A stretch of 64,000 nucleotides of DNA. It comes from Patescibacteria group bacterium (GTDB taxonomy: Bacteria > Patescibacteriota > Microgenomatia > UBA8517). Position 1 is the first letter of the stretch. Each line of letters opens with the position of its first letter. Both the position numbers and the translations under genes were made by a program. Positions 28,182-38,593 of this stretch are shown piece by piece. The DNA lies in the NCBI GenBank assembly GCA_018823885.1, contig JAHJHG010000009.1, positions 151,751 through 215,750 of the forward strand. Reading direction: 5' to 3'. Below the pieces are notes generated by a model, which was not told the origin of the DNA, ran no database searches, and saw only the letters and a list, made by a program, of their open reading frames with translations.

Positions 28182-28652
28182 TTATATTTTAATCATCTCC
28201 TGAGGGTATTTGGGAATTAGCTTGTTTAAATATATTTGCAGGCTGTTGCCCCTAAGATCTTTTAAACACTCTAGAAGTCCAGGTTGAGCTTCGGGTCGGA
28301 TTTTTCGAGCCCACTTTCTAAAACTTTTTCTTTGCTTAGCGCTTAGTTGGGATCGAAAATGTTTGTCGGAATCGACATACTTAAGAAGAATAGTATATGT
28401 TGGTATCAAACCAAGTCCATGATACTTATTTATTGTCGCACATGACTTAGGGGTCAGATGAACTCCTCCACCTTTGTCTTGCTCGATAATCTCAAGTTCC
28501 AAGAGGGGACGAGTATCCGACCCATTTTTCAAAAGGTTTGCCCTACATATCATTCTGCCATTTTTCTTAAGAACCCTCCTGAGGAATACTTTTGAACAAC
28601 CGGGCACAGCATTATTATCAAGAATCGTGTACAGCTCTCTCAGACACTTCAT
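28182..28652 (-). CDS. Hypothetical basic protein
   Basis: GAGGAGG RBS before ATG 28652 (MKCLRELY...); own TATAAT promoter at 28759-28754. Confidence 0.7.
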   Translation of the reverse strand: MKCLRELYTILDNNAVPGCSKVFLRRVLKKNGRMICRANLLKNGSDTRPLLELEIIEQDKGGGVHLTPKSCATINKYHGLGLIPTYTILLKYVDSDKHFRSQLSAKQRKSFRKWARKIRPEAQPGLLECLKDLRGNSLQIYLNKLIPKYPQEMIKI

Positions 28653-28809
28653 GCCACCCTCCTCGGTGTGATGATGTTTCCCTTTCGGGACTGTGTAAAG
28701 GAACAATTATTACCAAGAGTTTAAAAAAGCAATCTTTCGATTGCGATGTGCCTATTATACATATTTTTCGATTTTTTTCAAAAAGATGTTATAAACTAAC
28801 TAATTAACG

Positions 28810-29484
28810 ATGTTTCTTTTAATAAACAAACCAAAAGGTATTACTTCGCACGATGTTATCTATTTTGTTCGAAAAGTAACAGGAGAAAAAAAAGTTGGGC
28901 ATGCCGGAACACTAGATCCTAACGCGACAGGCTTATTGATTGTGGGAGTAGGGCGCAATTCAACCAAAAAACTTGGTTGGATAGCAAAAGATACAAAGAA
29001 AATGTATGAAGCAGAAATATTTTTAGGTGAAGAACGAGACACTGACGATTCTGAGGGGCAGATCATTTCCAAAAAAAATGATTTTCCGGCCCCAAATATG
29101 GCTTTACTTAAAAAAACGTTGAAAGGCTTTAAAGGTAAACAAAAACAAAAGCCTCCTGCATACTCTGCTCTTAAAATAAAGGGGAAGAAAGCATACGAAC
29201 TTGCCAGGAAAGGAGAAAAGGTGTTTCTCAAAGAAAGAGACATAACAATTTACTCAATTGAATTATTTCAGTATAAATATCCTGTTTTGAAAATAAAGAC
29301 GACTGTTTCTTCCGGAACTTACATTCGGGCCTTAGCTCGGGATATCGGCGAGCAACTTGGTTGCGGTGCGTATTTAAGAAATCTCAAGAGAACAGGGATA
29401 GGCAACTTCGATCTTAAGGATTCTATAGAGATGGACAAGCTAACAGCTGATAACTGGAATAATTTTGCGATTGAGATAGATTAG
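28810..29484 (+). CDS. truB: tRNA pseudouridine(55) synthase
   Basis: KPKGITSHD, GHAGTLDP, SSGTYIRALARD. Confidence 0.96.
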   Translation: MFLLINKPKGITSHDVIYFVRKVTGEKKVGHAGTLDPNATGLLIVGVGRNSTKKLGWIAKDTKKMYEAEIFLGEERDTDDSEGQIISKKNDFPAPNMALLKKTLKGFKGKQKQKPPAYSALKIKGKKAYELARKGEKVFLKERDITIYSIELFQYKYPVLKIKTTVSSGTYIRALARDIGEQLGCGAYLRNLKRTGIGNFDLKDSIEMDKLTADNWNNFAIEID

Positions 29485-29499
29485 ATTAAAATATTTATT

Positions 29500-30240
29500 G
29501 TGAACCTAATATCTTCAATATTTCTAGGGATTCTTCAGGGGCTCACTGAATTTTTGCCCGTTTCTTCCTCAGGTCATCTGGTCATTGTTCAAAATCTAAT
29601 CCCTGGTTTCACTCAGGACGGTGTTCTTTTTGATGTGTTCCTTCACGCAGGAACGGTTTTGGCTGTACTGTATTATTTTAGAAAAACACTTTTAAAATTA
29701 ACCCCAAAATATTTGTTTCTCCTTTTAATAGGAACCATTCCAGCAGGACTCGTCGGTGTATTTTTGGGATCATCGATAGAGAATCTTTTCAATGGGGTAT
29801 ATATAGTGGGATTTGCCCTCCTTTTTACGGCTGTCTTGAATTTTCTTACAGATAGAGCAAAAACGGGATCTAAAGAAATTTCAATCAAGAAAACTATCTT
29901 GATTGGTATGGCTCAGGCCTTGGCAATAATTCCCGGTATTTCCCGCTCGGGTTCTACTATCTTTGCAGGAACTAGTTTGGGTATTAAAAGGAAGGAGGCG
30001 GCTCAATTTTCATTCCTGCTTTCTGTTCCAGCCATTGTCGGTGCCAATGCTATTCAGTTTCTAAAATATGGCTCCGAGGTAACTGGAAACATATTGTTTT
30101 ATAGTGTCGGATTTATAGCCGCTTTTATTTCAGGAGTAATTGCGATTAACTTCGTCCTCAAATTTTTACTGGCCGGTAGATTCAAATTATTTGCGTATTA
30201 CTGTGTAGTTTTGGGGGTATTGGTTTTAACTATTTTATAG
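29500..30240 (+). CDS. uppP: Undecaprenyl-diphosphatase
   Basis: QGLTEFLPVSSSGH, PGISRSG. Confidence 0.96.
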   Translation: MNLISSIFLGILQGLTEFLPVSSSGHLVIVQNLIPGFTQDGVLFDVFLHAGTVLAVLYYFRKTLLKLTPKYLFLLLIGTIPAGLVGVFLGSSIENLFNGVYIVGFALLFTAVLNFLTDRAKTGSKEISIKKTILIGMAQALAIIPGISRSGSTIFAGTSLGIKRKEAAQFSFLLSVPAIVGANAIQFLKYGSEVTGNILFYSVGFIAAFISGVIAINFVLKFLLAGRFKLFAYYCVVLGVLVLTIL

Positions 30241-30600
30241 AAAAAGGAATATTTTTGGCAAAAACAGAAAAGTCCCGACGATTATAGAAAAGAATGCCGC
30301 CATAAGGACCACTGCAGCTGAAACATCCTTCGCAATTTTTGCTTCAGGCCTTAACTCTGGACTGACCAGATTTACAAGGGCTTCGAGAGCGGTGTTTAAT
30401 AATTCGAAAGTCATTACTAAGAATATGGTGAAAACAAGAATGGTCCATTCAGAGAGAGTGAAATTTAGAAAATATGCCGCAACGATAGTTATGATGGCAA
30501 CAAAAACATGGATACGAAAGTTTGGCTCTCTTTTGACGGCACTTTTTAGTCCACTGAAGGCAAATCTGAAACTTTTTGTGATTGGATATTTTCTGCTCAC
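30235..30600 (-). CDS. dgkA: Diacylglycerol/undecaprenol kinase
   Basis: E.NFRIH, ELLNTALE, AKDVSAA. Confidence 0.92.
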   Translation of the reverse strand: MSRKYPITKSFRFAFSGLKSAVKREPNFRIHVFVAIITIVAAYFLNFTLSEWTILVFTIFLVMTFELLNTALEALVNLVSPELRPEAKIAKDVSAAVVLMAAFFSIIVGTFLFLPKIFLFL

Positions 30601-30668
30601 ATAACTATATTAACCTAAATAAGAGAGGTTGTTCAAAGAGAAATGTTTGTGTTAGCATAAATTAGATT

Positions 30669-31346
30669 ATGGCCAAGCGAAGAAGAAAGAAATTTTTCAT
30701 ATTTTTGGCTCCAGCACTAGCTCTTTTGGGGCTGTTTGTTATTACGACAACATCAAAAAGAGTAACGGCGCCAACAGGGTGCAACATAGATGATTACTCC
30801 GGGCAATTTAGCGAAGGAGAGAAAATTGCTGTCTTTGAAAATAAGACAATTTCTATTCCCGATCTTGCTACTATTCCTGAAGGAAAAGCAGTATTGGGTA
30901 CGGCTTCACCAAGTGAGCGTTGGATAGAAGTGGATTTATCAGAGCAAAAGCTAAAGGCTTGGGATGGAAATGCTCTATTTTTGGAAACGCCAATTTCTAC
31001 CGGTCTTCCGTGGTGGCCGACACCTAAAGGAGAATTCAGGATTTGGATTAAACTTCGTTTTACTAAAATGGAGGGTGGAGAAGGCAAATATTATTATAAT
31101 TTACCCAACGTTCCCTATGTTATGTTCTTCGAGAATGAAAGTGTGCCTGGGTGGATAGGATATGGACTGCACGGGACTTATTGGCATAATGCCTTCGGGA
31201 CTCAAAGAAGCCATGGGTGCGTAAACCTTCCGACCCCCATAGCGGAAAGGCTTTTTTATTGGACAACACCCGAGCTAGGACATAATAAATGGGCGGTTTA
31301 TGCCTCAGATAAGAATCCGGGGACAAGGATTGTTATTCACGAATGA
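30669..31346 (+). CDS. L,D-transpeptidase (YkuD family)
   Basis: LHGTYW...SHGCVN catalytic motif. Confidence 0.92.
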   Translation: MAKRRRKKFFIFLAPALALLGLFVITTTSKRVTAPTGCNIDDYSGQFSEGEKIAVFENKTISIPDLATIPEGKAVLGTASPSERWIEVDLSEQKLKAWDGNALFLETPISTGLPWWPTPKGEFRIWIKLRFTKMEGGEGKYYYNLPNVPYVMFFENESVPGWIGYGLHGTYWHNAFGTQRSHGCVNLPTPIAERLFYWTTPELGHNKWAVYASDKNPGTRIVIHE

Positions 31347-31855
31347 ACTTTTATTTAAATCAGCAGGCCGTGCTTGGAGCTACTAGTACGACTTTTATTA
31401 TCACTTTTTTGGCAAGTTTTCTGATTTGGTTTATGTTTGCCGGATTAATTATTCTCTGGTTTGTGGACGGAAGAGTAAAAAAAGAACAGGCGCTTCGTGC
31501 TTTTGCGGCCGCACTATTGGCCTGGGTAATTGCTCAGATGTTAAAAAGCCTTCTCCCGTCTGTTCGACCGTTCCTTATAAATGGGGAATTACCTTTAACT
31601 TTAACTTTTCATTTTGATAATGCGTTCCCCTCATCACATACAGCCATTGCTTTTGGCTTGGCAATTACACTTTGGTTGCATAATAAAAAATTGGGGATTG
31701 TGTATATAGCATTAGCATTCCTTGTTGCTGTAGGGCGAGTGTTTGCTAACGTTCATTATATTTTAGATGTTGTAATCGGAAGCATGATCGGAACAATGGT
31801 GGCTGTTGTTGTTAGCAAACTCCGCTTTTTTAGATTACTCAAGACAAAGAAATAG
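31343..31855 (+). CDS. PAP2 family phosphatase
   Basis: K......RP, FPSSH, GRV...VHY..DV. Confidence 0.9.
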   Translation: MNFYLNQQAVLGATSTTFIITFLASFLIWFMFAGLIILWFVDGRVKKEQALRAFAAALLAWVIAQMLKSLLPSVRPFLINGELPLTLTFHFDNAFPSSHTAIAFGLAITLWLHNKKLGIVYIALAFLVAVGRVFANVHYILDVVIGSMIGTMVAVVVSKLRFFRLLKTKK

Positions 31856-31906
31856 ATAGGTTAATTTATCTGGCAAGCCCAAGGCTGGTTAGCAGTAAGC
31901 TGGAGG

Positions 31907-31940
31907 TTGACTTCTAGCAGTTAAATTGTTAGACTGCTAA
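31907..31940 (+). promoter_or_regulatory. lon promoter overlapped by a CIRCE-like (HrcA) operator
   Basis: TTGACT-N17-TAGACT. CTAGCAGTT-N9-GACTGCTAA at 31914-31940 versus the consensus TTAGCACTC-N9-GAGTGCTAA. Confidence 0.8.
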
Positions 31941-31954
31941 AACTGAATTCAAAA

Positions 31955-34414
31955 ATGGGAAAAAGCACAAAAATTATACGAAAAGTCCCAGTTGTTGCTA
32001 TCCGCGGGTCAGTGGTATTTCCTTATACGGATACGATCTTATCTTTTGGAAGGCAAAAGTCGGTAAAGGCTGTTAATGCGGCGTTTCAGGAAGATAAAGT
32101 CATTGCCGTATTTACTCAAAAGGACGCCAAAACTTCACATCCATCTCAAAGAGATTTATATGAAATAGGGACAATTGCCACGATTACACAAATGATGCAA
32201 TCCGATGGTGAAATTCACGCCATAGTCAAGGGACATAATAGAATCCGATTGAATAAAATAGTGCCTCATGAGGCTTATTTAATTGGAGAGGTGGAGGAAA
32301 TAAAAGAAGACAGAGTGATATCTCCAGAGGTTGAGGTTCTTGCAAAGAAACTTACGGAATTATTTAAAAAGGCGGTAAATCTCGGCAAACAGGCAGAAAT
32401 TGTAACAGTGATGAAACTTGTATCAGGACAGGTTGAGCCGGTTGAACTGGTTGATCAGGCGGCTTCACTTTTGGACATAAAGACAAACGAGAAACAAAAG
32501 CTTCTTGAAACACTTACCTTAAAATCAAGAATGAAAAAGGTTTTAGAAGCTCTTGCCCGCGAGATTAACATTTTGGATTTGGAAAAGACGATTTCGCAGA
32601 AAACACAAAAGAGATTTGAAGACCAAATGAGGAAGGCAATGCTCAGGGAGAAGAAGAAAACTATTGAAGAGGAGCTTGGTCAAGAGGGAGGAGAGTTGGG
32701 CTTGGAAGAAGTATCTGAATACAAGAAAAAAATTTTAGAAGCAAAAATGCCCAAAGAGGTTAGAAAAAGAGCCAAAAAGGAACTTAAAAGACTTTCTCAA
32801 CTTTCCCCTCACAATCCGGAGGGTGGTTATATTAGAAATTATTTAGATTGGCTTACCGACATGCCTTGGAGCATATCAACAGCCAACAATGTCTCTATAA
32901 AAGCGGCCGCAAAAGTACTTGAAGATGATCATTATGGTTTAAGGAAAGCAAAGGAAAGAATATTGGAGTATTTGGCTGTAATGAGGGTAAAAAAAGATGC
33001 CCTTGAAAAAATAAAGACAAAATTAAAAATAAAAGGAAAAGATAAAACAATAAAGAATGAAGAGAGTCAGCCAACCATTCTTTGTTTTATTGGCCCTCCA
33101 GGTGTGGGCAAGACTTCAATCGGTAAATCAATTGCAAGAGCCTTGGATAGAAAATTTGTAAGAGTGTCTTTGGGAGGAATTCGTGATGAGGCAGAAATAA
33201 GGGGACATAGAAGGACATATGTTGGTGCGCTTCCTGGACGCATTATTCAGGGAATTAAAAATGCTGGAACAAAAAATCCTGTTTTTATGCTTGATGAGAT
33301 AGACAAGATAGGCATTGATTTTAGAGGAGATCCATCTTCTGCTTTACTTGAAGCCTTAGATCCTGAACAAAACAGGGAATTCTCCGACCACTATCTGGAA
33401 GTACCCTTTGATCTATCAGAGGTTATGTTTATTGCTACGGGGAACGTTTTAGACACAATCCCTGTAGCCTTGAGAGACAGGATGGAAGTTATTAGTTTTC
33501 CAGGTTACACAGAGGAAGAAAAATATAATATTACAAAAAAATTCTTGTGGCCAAAGCAGTTAAGACTTCATGGTTTGGCGGATGAAAAGATTAAATTATT
33601 GAGCGAAGCAATTCGTGAAATAATCAATCGCTATACAAGGGAAGCAGGGGTTAGAAATTTGGAAAGAAATTTGGCTGGGGCTTGTAGAAAGATAGCGCGA
33701 CTAGTTGCCGAGAAAAAGAGATATACGAAAGAAATTAAAATAACTGATGTTCGAAAATTCTTAGGGCCTCAGAAGTTCTCCTCTCTTATTGCCGAAAAGA
33801 AAGATGAAGTAGGTATGGCAACCGGTTTGGCGGTTACTCCGACAGGGGGCGACATTATTTTTATTGAAGTGGCCTTAATGCCGGGTAAAGGAAAGCTTCT
33901 TTTAACAGGGCAATTGGGAGATGTTATGAAAGAATCAGCAAAGGCTGCTTTTACATGGACAAAGGCTCATTGGGAAGAATTGGGCTTAAAGGAGGATTTT
34001 GGTAATGCTTTAGATGTTCACATCCATGTTCCAGAAGGAGCTGTTCCCAAGGATGGTCCGTCGGCAGGAGTAGCCATGGCCACCAGCTTAGTCTCAGCCC
34101 TTGCGGGTATCCCTGTAAAAAGAGATGTTGGTATGACTGGTGAAATAACCTTAAGAGGGAGAGTTTTAGAGATTGGTGGAGTGAAAGAAAAAATTATTGC
34201 CGCTCATAGAGCTGGTTTAAAAACCGTAATTTTACCCAAAGACAATAAAAAAGATTTAGAAGATGTTCCAGCAAAGACTAAAAAAGATATTAAGTTTGTA
34301 TTTACGAACAGATTAGAAGATGTTTTAAAAACGGCGATAAAGAAGTGGCCTCCTAAAAATGTAAAAAAAGTTCGAAAAACCCTATCAACACCTTCATACA
34401 TAGCGGCAAATTAA
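31955..34414 (+). CDS. lon: Lon protease
   Basis: [25 protein letters not shown] catalytic Ser. Confidence 0.98.
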   Translation: MGKSTKIIRKVPVVAIRGSVVFPYTDTILSFGRQKSVKAVNAAFQEDKVIAVFTQKDAKTSHPSQRDLYEIGTIATITQMMQSDGEIHAIVKGHNRIRLNKIVPHEAYLIGEVEEIKEDRVISPEVEVLAKKLTELFKKAVNLGKQAEIVTVMKLVSGQVEPVELVDQAASLLDIKTNEKQKLLETLTLKSRMKKVLEALAREINILDLEKTISQKTQKRFEDQMRKAMLREKKKTIEEELGQEGGELGLEEVSEYKKKILEAKMPKEVRKRAKKELKRLSQLSPHNPEGGYIRNYLDWLTDMPWSISTANNVSIKAAAKVLEDDHYGLRKAKERILEYLAVMRVKKDALEKIKTKLKIKGKDKTIKNEESQPTILCFIGPPGVGKTSIGKSIARALDRKFVRVSLGGIRDEAEIRGHRRTYVGALPGRIIQGIKNAGTKNPVFMLDEIDKIGIDFRGDPSSALLEALDPEQNREFSDHYLEVPFDLSEVMFIATGNVLDTIPVALRDRMEVISFPGYTEEEKYNITKKFLWPKQLRLHGLADEKIKLLSEAIREIINRYTREAGVRNLERNLAGACRKIARLVAEKKRYTKEIKITDVRKFLGPQKFSSLIAEKKDEVGMATGLAVTPTGGDIIFIEVALMPGKGKLLLTGQLGDVMKESAKAAFTWTKAHWEELGLKEDFGNALDVHIHVPEGAVPKDGPSAGVAMATSLVSALAGIPVKRDVGMTGEITLRGRVLEIGGVKEKIIAAHRAGLKTVILPKDNKKDLEDVPAKTKKDIKFVFTNRLEDVLKTAIKKWPPKNVKKVRKTLSTPSYIAAN

Positions 34415-34485
34415 TTATTCCTGGCTTTAGGTCTTTTTCTTGAAAATTGTATCTCAGCCTCAAATAGAGTAAAATATGTGATTCA

Positions 34486-34558
34486 GGCCCCATCGTCTAG
34501 TGGCCTAGGACACTGGGTTCTCATCCCAGAAACCGGGGTTCGATCCCCCGTGGGGTCA
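34486..34558 (+). tRNA. tRNA-Glu (anticodon CTC), CCA not encoded
   Basis: Acceptor GGCCCCA/TGGGGTC, anticodon arm CTGGG-TTCTCAT-CCCAG, T-loop GTTCGATCC. Confidence 0.97.
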
Positions 34559-34571
34559 CAACAAAAATACC

Positions 34572-34597
34572 CGCCTTCAGTTAAACACTGGAAGGTG
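34572..34597. terminator. Hairpin between tRNA-Glu and a convergent gene
   Basis: CGCCTTC...GAAGGTG stem with flanking A and T runs. Confidence 0.5.
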
Positions 34598-34622
34598 ATA
34601 ACTTTTTACCGACTTCAACTAA

Positions 34623-35228
34623 TTAATACCCTGACAGGATGCGGTTTAACCAGCCAAAAAGGGAAAAGCCCTGAAGTTCCTGATTAAGTTCGGTTTCCAA
34701 GGCATCTGCCTCTCCTTCTAGGTTATCTATAGCATCTTGCATTTCTTCTTGGTCAGACGCGTAAGTTAACTCTTCTTTAAACTTTGCTAGATCCTCAGCG
34801 TCGCTTCTAAATTGAGCTGCTTGAGCCTTTACCTCTCCTGCGTTTTGATAATTAGCCCCAAAAACGAATTTTAGGAGTTTAGAACGGGAACGCATGCTAG
34901 ATAGTGCTGTGTTAATTTTTTCCTGAGATCGCGTATGGTTCTCAGTCATCGTTCTAACTTGTTCTCCAGTCTCTGGGTTATTAAAACGCTCAGACACTCT
35001 GGTCAAGGTTTGTATCGCATTTTCTAAACCAGCTCTAGGGCTTCCGGCTGAACCTTGCCCGTTACCAGTGCTGTCTAGATCTGCCTCTACCACGTCTCCA
35101 TCATGAGTTGTTGGATCCTGAACCCTATTTTGGTCTTGACCCTTTGCACTGATTGGAGATGAAATCCACAGGCCGAGAGTGACGATAAGGAATAAAGATG
35201 TTAATAAAAATTTAATATTTCTTTTCAA
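34623..35228 (-). CDS. Hypothetical secreted helical protein
   Basis: Signal peptide; GGGGTGA RBS before TTG 35228; C-terminal FSLFGWL. Confidence 0.8.
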   Translation of the reverse strand: MKRNIKFLLTSLFLIVTLGLWISSPISAKGQDQNRVQDPTTHDGDVVEADLDSTGNGQGSAGSPRAGLENAIQTLTRVSERFNNPETGEQVRTMTENHTRSQEKINTALSSMRSRSKLLKFVFGANYQNAGEVKAQAAQFRSDAEDLAKFKEELTYASDQEEMQDAIDNLEGEADALETELNQELQGFSLFGWLNRILSGY

Positions 35229-35345
35229 AGTTATCACCCCCTTTCAAGGTATAAATATATGATACAGAAAGAGAGAAATAATTACATCTCGAGTAAATAA
35301 TTTCACAATTTCAATGATGATAAGAAATGTGGAGTAAAATATTTC

Positions 35346-35490
35346 TTGACAAAAGAATTAGTAAAAAGATACAATTCCCAAACGATATATTAATCCTCCC
35401 TTCTTCTCGTTTTACCACACGCTAAAAGGTTGGGTAAACGGAGAGAGCGAAATTTTTAACGCTCTTCCGAAAAAGGAGGGTAATTTTTTT
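35346..35490 (+). promoter_or_regulatory. greA promoter and structured attenuator-like leader
   Basis: TTGACA-N18-TACAAT; outer stem 35393-99/35475-81 encloses two hairpins and is followed by T7. Confidence 0.6.
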
Positions 35491-35502
35491 GATAAAGAAC
35501 AC

Positions 35503-35976
35503 ATGAGTCAAGACAAAATAAATAATATACAAATAACAAAACAAGGTTTTGAAAACCTGGAGAAAGAGCTCGATGGATTGGTTAATACAAAAAGACCAAA
35601 ACTAGTCGAGAGACTTGCTAATGCAAGAGGTCAGGGGGATTTATCCGAAAATAGTGATTATCAAAACGCAAAAGAAGAGCTTGATTTTTTGGATGGAAAA
35701 ATATCAGAGCTCGAAGGTGTTATTCATAATGCAGAAGTCGTAAGTGGTAAAAATAATAATGGAGAAATTGCTGTCGGGGCTGAGGTAACGCTTAAAATAC
35801 AAGACGAAGAGCATGTCTATTATATAGTAGGCGAGTGGGAAGCTGATCCAATTAGCAAGAAAATTTCCCACAGTTCTCCTCTGGGTTTAGCCTTGGTTGG
35901 AAAGAAGATAGGAGAGAAAGTAGAAGTAGAAGCTCCTGCTGGAAAAGTGGTATACGAGATTTTGTCAATTAAGTAA
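35503..35976 (+). CDS. greA: Transcription elongation factor GreA
   Basis: GDLSENSDY, IS..SPLG.ALVG, VEAPAG. Confidence 0.96.
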   Translation: MSQDKINNIQITKQGFENLEKELDGLVNTKRPKLVERLANARGQGDLSENSDYQNAKEELDFLDGKISELEGVIHNAEVVSGKNNNGEIAVGAEVTLKIQDEEHVYYIVGEWEADPISKKISHSSPLGLALVGKKIGEKVEVEAPAGKVVYEILSIK

Positions 35977-36023
35977 CAAACTTCTTTTTGTAACTCCTAT
36001 TAATCTTAAGTTATACTTAATCT

Positions 36024-37469
36024 ATGGCGGAACAAAGACTTGAAGAAATTCGAAAAATTAGATTTGAAAAAGCAAAAAAGCTGAGAAGTCTGGGCATCAA
36101 TCCTTATCCGTCTAAAGCTCCTAGTAAGCCCGAGAAGATAAGTAATGTGGTAAGTACACTTGGTAAAGAAGCAGTCGTTGCTGGGCGTATTTGGAGCGTT
36201 AGAGAGCATGGTAATTGCTGCTTTGCCGACGTTAAAGACGAAACAGGAAAAATCCAGCTATTTCTACAAAAGAAAAAATTAGGAGAAAAATTCAAATTAG
36301 TAGATCTTCTTGATATTGGGGATTTTGTTTGGGCTAAAGGGGAGGTAATTAAAACAAAAGCTGGTGAAATCTCACTTGATGTTGCTGATCATGGAATATT
36401 AACAAAATCTATTCGCCCTATCCCTTCAACCTGGTATGGATTAAAAGATATGGAAGAGCGTTATCGTCAAAGATATATTGACTTACTTCTTAACGATGAA
36501 CTAAAAGATCTTTTCAAGAAAAAGACTGTATTTTGGCAAAGCATGCGCGAGTTTTTATACGAGAAAGGTTTTTTGGAAGTAGAGACTCCTATTTTGGAAA
36601 ATACGGTTGGTGGAGCTGATGCCAACCCTTTTGTAACTCACCACGATGCTTTGGATATAGATCTCTATCTCAGAATTTCGATGGGAGAGCTTTGGCAAAA
36701 AAGATTAATGGTTGCCGGATTTGAGAAAACATTTGAAATTGGCCGTCAATTTAGAAATGAAGGGATTAGTCACGAGCATTTACAAGATTACACCCAAATG
36801 GAGTTTTATTGGGCCTATGCGAATTATGAAGACTCGATGAAATTAGTGGAAGAAATGTATAAATATGTGGCTAAAAAAACTTTTGGCAAACTTAAGTTTA
36901 AAATTAATGATTTCGAAATTGATCTCTCTAAGACTTGGAAGAAGATCGATTATACAAAGACTCTTTTAGAACAAACAGGTGTTGATATCTCAAAGGCAAA
37001 GACTGACGAGATTAAAGCGAAGTTGAAAGAACTTAAAGTGCCATTCGAAAAGAAAGCGGCAAAGGGAAGGTTAATTGATGCACTTTGGAAGTCAATTAGA
37101 AAAAACATAGCGGGACCGGCGTTTTTAGTTGGGCATCCGGTTGAAGTATCACCTTTGGCCAAAAGAAAAGAGGATGATCCAGATTTTACCGAAAGATATC
37201 AAGTCATTATTGCAGGAAGTGAGATGGGTAATGGATATTCAGAGCTTAATGATCCAGCAGACCAGACAGAGAGATTTAAAGAACAGCAAAAGATGAGGGA
37301 TGAAGGAGATAAGGATGCTCAGATGCACGACCAAGATTTTGTAAAAGCTTTAGAATACGGAATGCCGCCGGTAACTGGTTTTGGTGTTAGCGAAAGACTG
37401 TTTTCATTCTTAGCTGACAAGCCCATTCGCGAAACTGTACTGTTTCCTCTTCTGAGACCAAAAAAATGA
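36024..37469 (+). CDS. lysS: Lysine--tRNA ligase (class II)
   Basis: RYRQRYIDL, GGADANPF, FRNEG, YSELND, YGMPP. Confidence 0.97.
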   Translation: MAEQRLEEIRKIRFEKAKKLRSLGINPYPSKAPSKPEKISNVVSTLGKEAVVAGRIWSVREHGNCCFADVKDETGKIQLFLQKKKLGEKFKLVDLLDIGDFVWAKGEVIKTKAGEISLDVADHGILTKSIRPIPSTWYGLKDMEERYRQRYIDLLLNDELKDLFKKKTVFWQSMREFLYEKGFLEVETPILENTVGGADANPFVTHHDALDIDLYLRISMGELWQKRLMVAGFEKTFEIGRQFRNEGISHEHLQDYTQMEFYWAYANYEDSMKLVEEMYKYVAKKTFGKLKFKINDFEIDLSKTWKKIDYTKTLLEQTGVDISKAKTDEIKAKLKELKVPFEKKAAKGRLIDALWKSIRKNIAGPAFLVGHPVEVSPLAKRKEDDPDFTERYQVIIAGSEMGNGYSELNDPADQTERFKEQQKMRDEGDKDAQMHDQDFVKALEYGMPPVTGFGVSERLFSFLADKPIRETVLFPLLRPKK

Positions 37470-38023
37470 AGAAGAGATTGGTTAACTCGTTGTTAAAGGT
37501 TGGGAAATTAAAATCCTTAAAGCGCACGGGCTGGGTGCGGGAAGGTATGCCTGACCCCGAAAGTGTAGCAGAACATACTTTTAGAGTATGCCTATTGGTT
37601 GTCTTCTTGGGAGAAGAATTGAAGGTCTCGATGGACAAACTTCTAAAAATGGCTGTTCTTCATGATATAGAAGAAGCTGCAACAGAAGATCCTGTTACAC
37701 AGAGAGGGACAGAAGATATTGATGATCATGATCACGAGTCGGAGAAACATATTGTTAGAGACTTAGTTTCTGAAGCTTCGGCGCCACAAGAATTATATCA
37801 ATTATGGATAGAGCATTTGGGAAAGAATGCAAAAGGGGGTTCTCGAGAAGCAGATATTCTTTATCAATTAGGGAAAATTGCCACAGTATGGCAAGCTTTG
37901 GAGTATGAACTTGACGGAGCAGATCCTAAAAAACTTGATGAATTTTGGGAGAACGCACGAGAACATACAAAGGAACAATTGTTAATAAATCTATTAGATT
38001 CCTTAGAAAAAAGAAGAAAATGA
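37466..38023 (+). CDS. HD domain hydrolase (HDDC2/YfbR-like)
   Basis: KRTGW...ESVAEH...LHDIEE. Confidence 0.88.
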   Translation: MKKRLVNSLLKVGKLKSLKRTGWVREGMPDPESVAEHTFRVCLLVVFLGEELKVSMDKLLKMAVLHDIEEAATEDPVTQRGTEDIDDHDHESEKHIVRDLVSEASAPQELYQLWIEHLGKNAKGGSREADILYQLGKIATVWQALEYELDGADPKKLDEFWENAREHTKEQLLINLLDSLEKRRK

Positions 38024-38586
38024 TAATAAGAAAAAACGCCTTGGAACTTCTGCACAAAAACATGCAGAACATTAATCTAAGAAGACATTGTTATGCTGTG
38101 GAGGCGACGATGTGTGCTTTGGCAAAGCGGTTTAAAGAAGACGAAGAAAAATGGGGGATGGTTGGACTTCTTCATGATGGGGATTACGAAAAAACCAAAG
38201 AGATACCAGAAAAACATACTCTTTTAATGGCGGAATGGTTAAAAGAAGCCGGTGAGGGTGATAAAGAGATATTGAGTGCAATATTGTCTCATAACTACGC
38301 TCATACAGGGGAAAATCCTCCCAAGAACAAGCTAGAATGGTCTTTATACTGTTGTGATGAATTAACTGGTTTTATTGTTGCCGTAGCCCTTGTCAGGCCG
38401 GATAAGAAATTAGCTTCGGTCACAGCCGATTCTATTTTGAAGAAGTGGAATCAAAAATCTTTTGCCGCCGGCGTAAAAAGAGAGCAAATAGAAGAGTGCG
38501 AGCCTAGCTTAGGAATACCGTTAAGGGAATTTGTTGAAATAACTCTTAACGCTATGCAGGGAATTTCAAATGATTTAGGGTTATAA
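38020..38586 (+). CDS. HDIG-type HD phosphohydrolase
   Basis: RRHCYAVE, GLLHDGDYE, DELTGFI; ATG 38020 overlaps the upstream stop. Confidence 0.88.
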   Translation: MIIRKNALELLHKNMQNINLRRHCYAVEATMCALAKRFKEDEEKWGMVGLLHDGDYEKTKEIPEKHTLLMAEWLKEAGEGDKEILSAILSHNYAHTGENPPKNKLEWSLYCCDELTGFIVAVALVRPDKKLASVTADSILKKWNQKSFAAGVKREQIEECEPSLGIPLREFVEITLNAMQGISNDLGL

Positions 38587-38593
38587 TAATTCA

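Noticed and set aside
34452-34460. TCTCAGCC upstream of tRNA-Glu
   Set aside because: Core-only match lacking the upstream block, in housekeeping context; probably chance.
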